Shown: piece by piece, positions 28,801 through 35,068 of the stretch
How the letters are laid out: every line of letters starts with the position of its first letter
Numbering within the stretch: position 1 is the first letter of the stretch
Virus record (IMG/VR): IMGVR_UViG_3300022893_000003
Span: 1 to 35,687 of that record
Strand: one strand, 5' to 3'
Length of the DNA stretch: 35,687 bases
DNA from: a virus
Lineage: Duplodnaviria; Caudoviricetes
Notes under the pieces: generated by a model
Databases searched by the model: none
What the model was told of the DNA's origin: nothing
Seen by the model: only the letters and a program-made list of their open reading frames with translations
Program-made: the position numbers and the translations under genes

Positions 28801-29627
28801 CACTAGGTAGGGCTATCCCATTCTATAAGTGGGTTAAGAATATTGTTCCCTTTACTATTGCTAATTTAGTAACTAAACCTTGGGCTATTAAAGTTGAGTC
28901 GGGACTTAATAGTACTCTTAGTTATCTTATTGATGATGATAAAGGTGATACTCGTAAAGACTTCGTTGTTCCTGAATGGATTGAATTTGACTCGGCTGTC
29001 CCCATTGGATCATATAAAGATGAGAACGGCTATGAGTTTGGACAATGGGCTAGTATGTATCTTCCTATGTCAGATACTTTGAAGCGTACCCTTGGCCCTA
29101 TTTTCCAACCAGCAGTGGACCCCATGGTAAAAAATAAACCACTTGCTATAGGTGGAGGCGCCATTACTGTTGGTATGAGCATGATTAATCCTTTATACAA
29201 AGGTGCTGTTCAGGCTGCGACAGGTGAAGAAATTTGGCCAACAGGTGGAGCACCTGAAAAGGGTAGTTGGTTCTCTACTATGGCTAGTGTTATTCCTGGT
29301 TACTCAAGTATTGATCCTTACATCAAATCTATTGAAAAATATGCAGGTGATAAGAATGCTGGGATACAAGGTAAGAATACTCTAGGAAGTTTACTGGAGG
29401 AGTTAGGTGCTATCAATGTACACAATAATTCAGAAAATGCACAGTTAGGTGAACTCAAGCGCAGAGAAGACTATTACCGTCCACAGTTGAATCAGCAAAA
29501 AGCAGAGTTAATGAATAAGATTGGAAAGAAGTATCCAGAAACGACAGCCGATGAACGTAAAATGATTGTCGATGAGTTTCTTAAGATGACACGCAGCGCT
29601 GATCCAGAAAGGTTGACAGCACGCTAA
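22839..29627 (+). CDS. Large internal virion (ejection) protein, 2262 aa
   Basis: Size and position. ALDVISRPGY and IGDIATDPITW near the N-terminus; PTYPVRNLIGD, EDWSRL and HFDYNDIS...RAIPFYKW near the C-terminus, as in podoviral DNA-transfer proteins. Confidence 0.8.
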   Translation: MPGAYGTSSGGQYRPPKGNTSLSPYIAKPVKSVKSEYYAKPTAMTDLPGWAKEIRAGANFMPMKVKPMSYNYMAIAEGPNRAVPYSAPTATQTTIGSAYFKPTDDVAGGIKKEHNLWQDIKNLGGNIVHKGGSLLMGALDVISRPGYMVRNLYKSNLENYYSQDGDINGWEALLGVIDTITPVGIVKDLATGHMDERLKAGWEGLSGQKKTSMKDILNFTNPEFTEKHKTATNILSVIGDIATDPITWVTMGANPGSIARLGGAGAKLAMGDKMAAARLWEETIFTKTGRAAGLNVVKSDIRNREARRLARKGRGVDKQLTKAEQGKKTKLDADALRAKKVEITQSIKDKMDEDLQGAALAAKIFKKSLPTLGLTTLSRFNTGAGASTALKGEEALKVLSNNFHAGVANNLEGTDRWKAFYVANQGRDFRYTTETGHVKTVKLSEAKNLKDFIRMVSEEASPIARYAESGAKAARSRKGRNVAVSARGHTFLNQFKTHVEDNMLIALSDDATQKAFDSHRGLLNFIDSTPAATDDMKGTDKLIRVSQEDLLDDAVDTSFDALERAAKGAREASGKTNFKKDKAHIMVEGIDGKYRKVSIKAARAAAETDSIIRKARIERRVTLAQRTKEQLATDRISGVSDNVAVARANFLKAAEAVRVARETGADNYEALAKAREALGTALADVSKATKGAWESKVPEEAKKVYNSMREVLYDSGNFTTAERTKYMAILKDTSMPMEERIALILRDKDMSNSEAQELLGDAFKIHIDEDGVIHVTRGGDLSHIPEIIKAVIRDRFAQRIAGGQSGVKLEDNPLENIFRVVADGKNPDAPAYLRDVNGELGMMILDGYRAAAEYAMKNDLWSDPEILFATIHNSMSEFTNLLSADMKAQVGQFLYNTTGLRLPDEFVPKFTDIIDLLSNKKMVWRNADGKPGNQEIPWQEFGMQMQRWLIGSSSEKGLFKGIFDVRTLPGAKTGHDMVDLLNQITFKALHVDIDVPGTTPEHINAINSITESIRYLEGLVAPAPVNGVTGSVNRYSMTDFMMHAREIIAAHKKPTTLPGGKAGAGRLSALDSFTYADERTVAALEKLDQLRVLSAQKNDPILAELAQRQLSALFIKHGGIDIVKSVTMPPSGNLADLDFGKPFSTLGAHARMKEGMTNRTGFGTKRHADLMESMWGQQTLVHEWQKAFQNQILDEVFVKGRTIQQAGRRLQENIDAAFGPYENIKKRIYPTKGAINKDLALEGNVRPPVGEPDIGAKAAAPHVEALIGVRKAQEDLETARANLTTAVDKVKNAGPIDDPTLLANLKKAQTEYEEAKLAESSKAAATGEEGSVATGPTEDPTDVANVGVGPLNFTDEEKEVIRKYISSSYAGASPQKVAKQLHALSMAISSDVWAAQAELNTALQDFSIKYGASVKFMGIPFMPMVNPMNATHTIAGVMRLAEETSKATRFFGTLYGPEAKTSWGVQAHKYLTKRSHVNEGTLDQLSTSVINYASMTRQRVFAELDDLYKIAVEQTEYLIPQINAMSRKDKFAYIRTQIFTPSQAGVPDALEQFKLADGSNPVREIVANMDTNATRAFVRSADAGTRKEEILKFNRYMDKEYRLDDIIDINIIETAMKPGGALSDPTLVPYTREWFQKVGQLPGSEKFSTKELLKINLGALQTALHDAKIKMYAGDKLHNGVFAQFSFKRSPTEVAMYNTKVVPQMLDVNGKQLRGRLVSVDDLQRLGIPDKNIPAAFKKGGYYIEEEFVSDIKVLFDFMDNKHNLNTNIDMQAIDKILSKFKASVTIYKVPTYPVRNLIGDTFMSAMDGLVDPRYYGDAAALMRDHHEVMKGINLDEHGEFINQSYLQREIARAAHDPAVAPDAPINPTPFNLTLKLIDGDIKINGSQIMDSYYQLGLGQNHTSGVINESVASARQTQWGKKLGKVHDGLRDLNTVREDWSRLSHFLYAIEREAPLGGTYEDVIRRAGNRVIKYHFDYNDISIFDKATLGRAIPFYKWVKNIVPFTIANLVTKPWAIKVESGLNSTLSYLIDDDKGDTRKDFVVPEWIEFDSAVPIGSYKDENGYEFGQWASMYLPMSDTLKRTLGPIFQPAVDPMVKNKPLAIGGGAITVGMSMINPLYKGAVQAATGEEIWPTGGAPEKGSWFSTMASVIPGYSSIDPYIKSIEKYAGDKNAGIQGKNTLGSLLEELGAINVHNNSENAQLGELKRREDYYRPQLNQQKAELMNKIGKKYPETTADERKMIVDEFLKMTRSADPERLTAR

Positions 29628-30229
29628 TGGCTGACTATGCGGACTTCCTCCGACAGGTAGCATTACCGCAGAATGCTGCACGCCTTCAAGCCGGTGATGC
29701 GATTACTGAACAGTTAATACAATCTATTAAAAATAGGTCTGCCCCTGTCGTGTCAGGATCAAGTGGCGGGTCTAATAGAGGTGGTGGTGTTAGTGGTAGT
29801 TCGTCTTACAAAGGCCCTCTTAATTTACCCGCGATGGGTGGTAAGCGTCTTCCGACAGGGGCGCGTGTTAGTCAAGGCTGGGGTAAATCACGTATCTCAT
29901 ACGCTGCGGGTCGCCATACTGGAATGGATTTTGGCGGAGCCCATGGCTCTCGTATCAGTGCAGCCGCGTCTGGAGTTGTCACTAGGGCCGGAGGCGAAGG
30001 CGCTTATGGAAATGCTATCCACGTTCGCCATAAAGACGGCACGACAGCCTTATATGCTCATCTTTCTGGGATTAATGTCAAAGCAGGACAGCGAGTTAGC
30101 GCCGGACAAGCAATTGGTAGAATGGGAAGCACAGGACGTTCAACAGGTACACATCTTCATTTCGAAATAAGGAAGCAGGACCGTTACGGTGGAGACATTA
30201 ATCCGCGATCGTGGTTCGCTACCCGCTAA
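29627..30229 (+). CDS. M23-family metallopeptidase
   Basis: HTGMDF (HxxxD), YGN, YAHL, IGRMGSTGRSTGTHLHFE (HxH) and INP. Confidence 0.93.
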   Translation: MADYADFLRQVALPQNAARLQAGDAITEQLIQSIKNRSAPVVSGSSGGSNRGGGVSGSSSYKGPLNLPAMGGKRLPTGARVSQGWGKSRISYAAGRHTGMDFGGAHGSRISAAASGVVTRAGGEGAYGNAIHVRHKDGTTALYAHLSGINVKAGQRVSAGQAIGRMGSTGRSTGTHLHFEIRKQDRYGGDINPRSWFATR

Positions 30230-30231
30230 AT

Positions 30232-30276
30232 AGAAAAAGCCCCCTATCATTTCAATGAATGATAGGGGGCTTTTCT
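30232..30276. terminator. Bidirectional rho-independent terminator
   Basis: AGAAAAA-GCCCCCTATCAT-loop-ATGATAGGGGGC-TTTTCT between convergent operons. Confidence 0.92.
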
Positions 30277-30280
30277 GGTG

Positions 30281-30409
30281 TTAGCGTAGTTCAACGCTAA
30301 CATCCTTGTTCGTTATACGAACAATCTTAATCGGGTGATCCTTTTTGGGGACTGGCCGAGGTCGTCGAGTACTACGGGGTAGGGGCCTACGGGCTGTCTG
30401 AGTGCTCAT
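30281..30409 (-). CDS. 42-aa basic peptide (not in ORF track)
   Basis: MSTQTARRPLPRSTRRPRPVPKKDHPIKIVRITNKDVSVELR*. Fills the gap between the 30414 stop and the terminator. Confidence 0.5.
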   Translation of the reverse strand: MSTQTARRPLPRSTRRPRPVPKKDHPIKIVRITNKDVSVELR

Positions 30410-30413
30410 ACCC

Positions 30414-30869
30414 TCATTCTAGACCCAGACCCTTGAGAATGTCAAATACGTCCTGTGAGAGGGCTGGGACGGGCCTCTGGGGGGCCTCTGGGGGTGTCTC
30501 TGGGCTAACGGAAGGCAAACCATCAAGCAGTTCTAAAGCGTCAGGAGGAACTACTAACGGCTCAGCGTAGTTATAATTCCACTGCTTACCAGCATTAACG
30601 ACCCACTCCCATTTAATTCCAATTTTTTCGAGGGCTGCGGCTCGGCATATATTAGAACAATAAGCAACCTGTCCATACGTATGAGCGAACACGCGGTTGC
30701 AGATAGTACAGTGTTTGCGATTGAAGTAAGATGCATCTTTGAAATAAGCAAGTGTAGCCTCCGCTTGTCGTGAGATTTCTTCTTCTGAATCATATATAGT
30801 ACTGCTTGGTGGTGGTGGCTCAATACCTAGGATTGCTGCTAACTTTTCTGCATCACTTTGCTTGCTCAT
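30414..30869 (-). CDS. Zinc-finger-like hypothetical protein
   Basis: CTIC...YCSNIC; overlaps the end of the resolvase gene. Confidence 0.75.
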   Translation of the reverse strand: MSKQSDAEKLAAILGIEPPPPSSTIYDSEEEISRQAEATLAYFKDASYFNRKHCTICNRVFAHTYGQVAYCSNICRAAALEKIGIKWEWVVNAGKQWNYNYAEPLVVPPDALELLDGLPSVSPETPPEAPQRPVPALSQDVFDILKGLGLE

Positions 30870-31281
30870 CCTTCATCCTTTGGATTGCTGGGATTGGTAA
30901 TCCTAATACTTTATGGTTGTAATGTACTAAATGTGCATAGGCGTCTGTAGCGTGACTAAGATCGTGATCCTTCGGCACCTTAATTCCAGCCCATTTATAT
31001 CCGATGGACTTAATTGCTGGCTCTTGGAAAACTACCTTCACCCCTAATTCAAAAGCCCGAAACTCGATTGCACCAATGATTCGGATAGTGTTCATTTCAT
31101 TCCAGGAAAAGTTCACTCCCGGTCTGATCTTGAAGTTCTCTACAATAAAGAGACTAGGCTCGGTAGCAAGAAGGTGAACAAAAAATGCCTTCTTATCTAC
31201 CGAGCCATAACCAATTAATGTACCATTGTCTTCACACATGGCATAACCAGTAGTATCACCCGGATCGAGTGCTAGTCTCAT
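30853..31281 (-). CDS. RuvC-like Holliday junction resolvase
   Basis: LALDPGDTTGYA, IVENF and HATDAYAH acidic catalytic pattern. ATGA overlap with the polymerase stop. Confidence 0.82.
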   Translation of the reverse strand: MRLALDPGDTTGYAMCEDNGTLIGYGSVDKKAFFVHLLATEPSLFIVENFKIRPGVNFSWNEMNTIRIIGAIEFRAFELGVKVVFQEPAIKSIGYKWAGIKVPKDHDLSHATDAYAHLVHYNHKVLGLPIPAIQRMKDEQAK

Positions 31282-32993
31282 CCCCACTCCTTGCCTGACA
31301 CCTTGAATGGAACCTTGAAGAAGTCAGTAGGAAGGCTCTCCATTTCATGCGTGATTAATTTGGAGTAATCTTCCAGCATGTCTTCACGGATTTCAAACAC
31401 TAACTCATCATGGATCTGCAACAGCAGTATGCAGTTGTCGTCGCAAACATTCTTGTCAATGTTGACCAAGGCTCGCTTAACTACCTCTGCTGCTCCCCCC
31501 TGTAACAGGGCGTTCCATGCCTTATATGAATCGTCAGGGATCATATGACGCCGGCGCCCAGTCCAGTAGCGGATGTAGCCGCGCTGTCGTGCTTTTACTT
31601 CCGCTAACCGCTTTGCCTTCATAATTCCAGGAATAGTGTTGAGGAAGGTTAAGTAGTCAGGCTCAACTTCTTCTTGTGTCTTCCTGAGAATCTTGGCAGT
31701 CTTAGCCAGACCAGCGCCGTACATTACTCCGTAGGTAAAGGTCTTGGCTGTAAAACGATCTGTATTGATCCTTTGTGAGAGAGCCGTGAAGGGATCAGAT
31801 TCTTCCTTGCTAAACTCTTCAATAAGCCATTGCTCGTTACCATATGCCGCTGCCAAACGAAGTTCCAATTGACTGTAGTCAAATCCAACCAATCGGAATC
31901 CGGATCGTGCCTTAAACGCAGTTCGAATTCTACCATTCCAAGCCTTGTCAGACTGACGAGGTATTTGCTGGAGGTTTGGCTCCGCACAACTGAGGCGACC
32001 AGTGGATGTGCCATGCTGCTTGTAGTTGCAATGAATTTTAGATTGGGAATCTGCCAAACGCTGGAATGGTGTATAAAAACTGGTAGCAGCCTTTTGCCAT
32101 CCTCTGTAATCCAAGACAAGTTGTGCTCGATGGTCCCCAGTTTGCCCAAGGAGACGTTCATAATCCTCCATCACATTCTTTGTCATTGCTGGCTTACCAC
32201 CAGGGGTTTCTGCCAGTATTGGTAACTTGAGTTCTTCGAATAAAAACTTCGACAGCGCTGTAGACTTACTAGCCTCGAAGCCCAACTCTTCTGTAATTTG
32301 ATCCATTTCCATTTCTGCGATAGCAGCGTACTGGCGACAGAATTTTTGATCTACCTCGATGCCCCTTCTCTCCATCCTGAACAGTGCATCGTTCATAGCC
32401 AATTCCCATGACCATAGTTCATTTGCCTTCTCGCCAAACTTCTTCTGGAAGAGAGGCCAGACATGCTCCCATAATTCTAAGGTAACTTCGGCGTCTGCCT
32501 CAGCGTATGGTCCGATCAAATCAGGCGTAAGATTCTTCCAACCAAAGACCTTAGCAAACCGCGCTACCTCATCCTTAAGGTACTTGCCTCGCTTGATATA
32601 GGTTTTGCCACATGCATCCAGAGACTTCTCATAAGGACGATTCTCATTCAGCATATGGCATATAAGCATGGTATCGTAACCAGGCATAGGGCTAATAGGA
32701 AGTATCGTATTGAGGCTGTGAAGATCGAACTTACGATTATGGAATACAATAGACTTATCCAGAAGACATCCCATAAGGTCATCTAACACCAACCTATCAA
32801 GGTTCACCCCTGTCGGGTGTCGGAAGGGGAAGTACTGACTGTATACCTGTCCGTCAGCCCCACGGTAAGCCAACGACAGCCCCATGAGGTAGTCGTCACC
32901 TTCCTTAACACGTAACCCCGTTGTCTCCGTGTCAAGGGCTACAACAGTCGCATGCTGTAGCCCTGACAGGAAACCCTTAGTCCTTACGTCCAT
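31278..32993 (-). CDS. polA: DNA polymerase, family A, with 3'-5' exonuclease (571 aa from ATG 32993)
   Basis: Exo I DTETTG, Exo II FHNRKFD, Exo III YAEADA, TGRLSCAEPNLQQIP, motif A DYSQLELR, motif B RFTAKTFTYGVMYG, motif C QIHDEL. Confidence 0.96.
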   Translation of the reverse strand: MDVRTKGFLSGLQHATVVALDTETTGLRVKEGDDYLMGLSLAYRGADGQVYSQYFPFRHPTGVNLDRLVLDDLMGCLLDKSIVFHNRKFDLHSLNTILPISPMPGYDTMLICHMLNENRPYEKSLDACGKTYIKRGKYLKDEVARFAKVFGWKNLTPDLIGPYAEADAEVTLELWEHVWPLFQKKFGEKANELWSWELAMNDALFRMERRGIEVDQKFCRQYAAIAEMEMDQITEELGFEASKSTALSKFLFEELKLPILAETPGGKPAMTKNVMEDYERLLGQTGDHRAQLVLDYRGWQKAATSFYTPFQRLADSQSKIHCNYKQHGTSTGRLSCAEPNLQQIPRQSDKAWNGRIRTAFKARSGFRLVGFDYSQLELRLAAAYGNEQWLIEEFSKEESDPFTALSQRINTDRFTAKTFTYGVMYGAGLAKTAKILRKTQEEVEPDYLTFLNTIPGIMKAKRLAEVKARQRGYIRYWTGRRRHMIPDDSYKAWNALLQGGAAEVVKRALVNIDKNVCDDNCILLLQIHDELVFEIREDMLEDYSKLITHEMESLPTDFFKVPFKVSGKEWG

Positions 32994-33180
32994 AGTTCTC
33001 AATAGCCTCAACGATACACTTACCAGAGCAAGCGAAAACCTTACCTCCGCTGCCACCAAACTCATGGTGCCAGAAGAAATCAATGTGGATTCCAAGAGCA
33101 GGGTCGCCACCCTTACGTTCGATTGATTCACTGCCACAGGCATCACAAACCCAGACAATAACAGTTTCTCTCATCTTCAT
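32977..33180 (-). CDS. Small zinc-binding protein
   Basis: CDAC...ACSGKC with an AAGGA RBS just after the primase stop. Confidence 0.72.
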   Translation of the reverse strand: MKMRETVIVWVCDACGSESIERKGGDPALGIHIDFFWHHEFGGSGGKVFACSGKCIVEAIENYGRKD

Positions 33181-33189
33181 TACTCTTCC

Positions 33190-34923
33190 TTAGATTCCAT
33201 AAGGGTTAGTCTCTTCTTGAGACTTGCCAATTCTTGATTTACTAGTGATGATTGTGGCTACTTCATCCGCTGCAAGACGGGTGAAATGTAACCCTTCCGT
33301 GCGCTTGATGTACCAATCCTCTTCTTGCGGCGCGAGGCGCTTCTTAAGTTCTCGGACCTTAAGTACGTTAGTTTTAACAGGCCAGAGTGAGAGTATGGTT
33401 GTGGCGCGCGCAGTGATGTACTGCGATCCGTATACGTCAGCCAAACCGGATGGCTCTTTATTGTTTTCTGTTGCTTTACGGTTATGATGGATGAACCACG
33501 AAAAAACACCCATCTCTTTCCGAAAGGTGTCATTGAAATCCAAAAGAACTTTGGTGGATTCTTCGTCCGTGAGAGCCTTGTTTGTAGCCGATCCGAGTGA
33601 GTCGAAGATAATCCCATCAACTTTGAGTACATCTACAATCCTTTTCAACTTGTCTTGTTCTGGTTTAGTATTCAGATACATCGGCTCCCCTGTCGGGAGA
33701 ACGTAGAAGTGCTCCGACAGAAGCGCCTGTAGTTCAGGTGTGTCGTACTTCTTATTCATCTGTGAAATGAATACCTTAAGGTCAACCGGACCCATTTCTG
33801 CACTGATAAAAAGTATACGTCGTGGTTTTCCGTCGTCCGATGAGTAGCCAAGAACATCTTTTCCTGTGGCGAGCCCGTATGCAAAGTTAAGGGCAACTTG
33901 AGTTTTGCCGACACCAGGTGGTCCCACAAGGAGCATGTTACCCCCTGACTGTAAAAGGCTCGGGAGAAGCCAGTCAACTTCGATGGCAAGGTTATTGAAT
34001 GATACGACATCATATACGTCAATGGAGAATTCTTGTTCTTCCTCCAACTTAATCGGGTACTTAACTCGTACTCTTTCAATGATATCAAGTAGTCGTCGGT
34101 GACGATCTGTACGCTTAGTGTACTTGTGCCACCGATCATCGGCGTTTCGAATGATCGTATAAATTTCTTCATTAGTGCAACCTGCTTCCGCTGCCATGTA
34201 TCCCACACGCATCAGGCTGGATGATCTATGGCCTTCTGTTGGAGTTGAAGTGAATAGTTCTCTAAAGTGTTCAGGTAGTGTGTACTTGTAGATTACATCC
34301 ATCACATCAGGGATTTGCCCTAATTTGATGCTATCTTCTTCCAGTCTGTCCGGTGCTTGGAAAACAGAAAAGGCACCGATATTGTATACGGTGCCATTGA
34401 CTTCGCTAACTACAACAGGCATATCGCGCTTGTAGTTATGCGTTTCCGGTGGACGGAGGATTTGTGTACAATCCCAACCTGACTGGTCTGCGCTGAGACT
34501 AAAGGTTAGTGCCCGGTTGACTTCTTCCAAGTCTCTTGCGTTAGTTATAGGCTCATCCAAAACCCAGTAACTATGAGTATAACCGGCATTAGAAGAAGTA
34601 ATAACCACGCTAGGCACAGGATCAATGTTATCAGGAGCGTTCCCGTCGTGTTCGCACCAGACAACGCGGCTTGCTGCGAAACTTCCTTTTGTCGCTTTCG
34701 GAATCGAAAAGACAGCCGGTGCGAGATATACGTCAGTATGCTTCATTTGTTCTTTGATGTAGTCATATAATTTGTCCAACTTATCTGTTTTGACAAAGAC
34801 TTGATTGAATTCACCTGTTTCACGATTAAGGTTGGGGGCATAGATATAACCCTCAATCCCATGATAAAGCAGATTGAGCATGTTTTGTAGCGTGATCATG
34901 TTTGTTTGATGGACGGGTTGCAT
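33190..34923 (-). CDS. Primase-helicase: RepB-like (AEP) primase fused to a RecA/AAA_25-type helicase
   Basis: VYLAP, VWCEHD, PSVVITSS...HSYW and ILRPPETHNYK in the primase; Walker A GPPGVGKT, ISAE, IIFDSL, IHHNRK and YGS in the helicase. AAGGAGG RBS. Confidence 0.88.
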   Translation of the reverse strand: MQPVHQTNMITLQNMLNLLYHGIEGYIYAPNLNRETGEFNQVFVKTDKLDKLYDYIKEQMKHTDVYLAPAVFSIPKATKGSFAASRVVWCEHDGNAPDNIDPVPSVVITSSNAGYTHSYWVLDEPITNARDLEEVNRALTFSLSADQSGWDCTQILRPPETHNYKRDMPVVVSEVNGTVYNIGAFSVFQAPDRLEEDSIKLGQIPDVMDVIYKYTLPEHFRELFTSTPTEGHRSSSLMRVGYMAAEAGCTNEEIYTIIRNADDRWHKYTKRTDRHRRLLDIIERVRVKYPIKLEEEQEFSIDVYDVVSFNNLAIEVDWLLPSLLQSGGNMLLVGPPGVGKTQVALNFAYGLATGKDVLGYSSDDGKPRRILFISAEMGPVDLKVFISQMNKKYDTPELQALLSEHFYVLPTGEPMYLNTKPEQDKLKRIVDVLKVDGIIFDSLGSATNKALTDEESTKVLLDFNDTFRKEMGVFSWFIHHNRKATENNKEPSGLADVYGSQYITARATTILSLWPVKTNVLKVRELKKRLAPQEEDWYIKRTEGLHFTRLAADEVATIITSKSRIGKSQEETNPYGI

Positions 34924-34938
34924 CTTACCTCCTTAGCG

Positions 34939-35010
34939 TACCCCCAGCAGGATTCGAACCTGCGACCCACTGATTAAAAGTCAGTTGCACTACCGCTGTG
35001 CTATGGGGGC
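34939..35010 (-). tRNA. tRNA-Lys (anticodon UUU), CCA not encoded
   Basis: The minus strand folds into a cloverleaf: GCCCCCA/TGGGGGT acceptor stem, GCAC/GTGC D-stem, ACTGA-CTTTTAA-TCAGT anticodon arm, GCAGG-TTCGAAT-CCTGC T-arm. Confidence 0.93.
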
Positions 35011-35068
35011 AAAAAGACCCGACAGGGGCGGCTCGGGGAAGTAGCCAACCCCTGTCGGGAGTTCTTTT
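35011..35068. terminator. Long stem-loop with A/T tracts on both sides, abutting the tRNA 5' end
   Basis: CCCGACAGGGG (35018-35028) pairs with CCCCTGTCGGG (35049-35059), with an inner GGCT/AGCC pair. AAAAAGA and TTCTTTT flank the stem. Confidence 0.75.

Noticed and set aside
22839-29627. Giant ORF as a virion RNA polymerase or tape measure protein
   Set aside because: No DFDGD or T7/N4-type polymerase motifs were found by eye. There are no major tail or tail-assembly chaperone genes, and the context is podoviral.
30306-30324. Palindrome as a LexA SOS box or loxP site
   Set aside because: The half-site order (GTTCG...CGAAC) is the reverse of the actinobacterial CGAAC-N4-GTTCG box. The arms and spacer do not fit the 13-8-13 loxP layout.
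32994-33158. 55-aa N-terminal extension of the polymerase ORF
   Set aside because: It lies within the Cys-motif gene 32977..33180, which has its own RBS. The Exo I motif begins shortly after ATG 32993.
34939-35010. tRNA as a prophage attachment site
   Set aside because: Phage genes flank both sides, I saw no duplicated tRNA 3' end, and no integrase is in the window.
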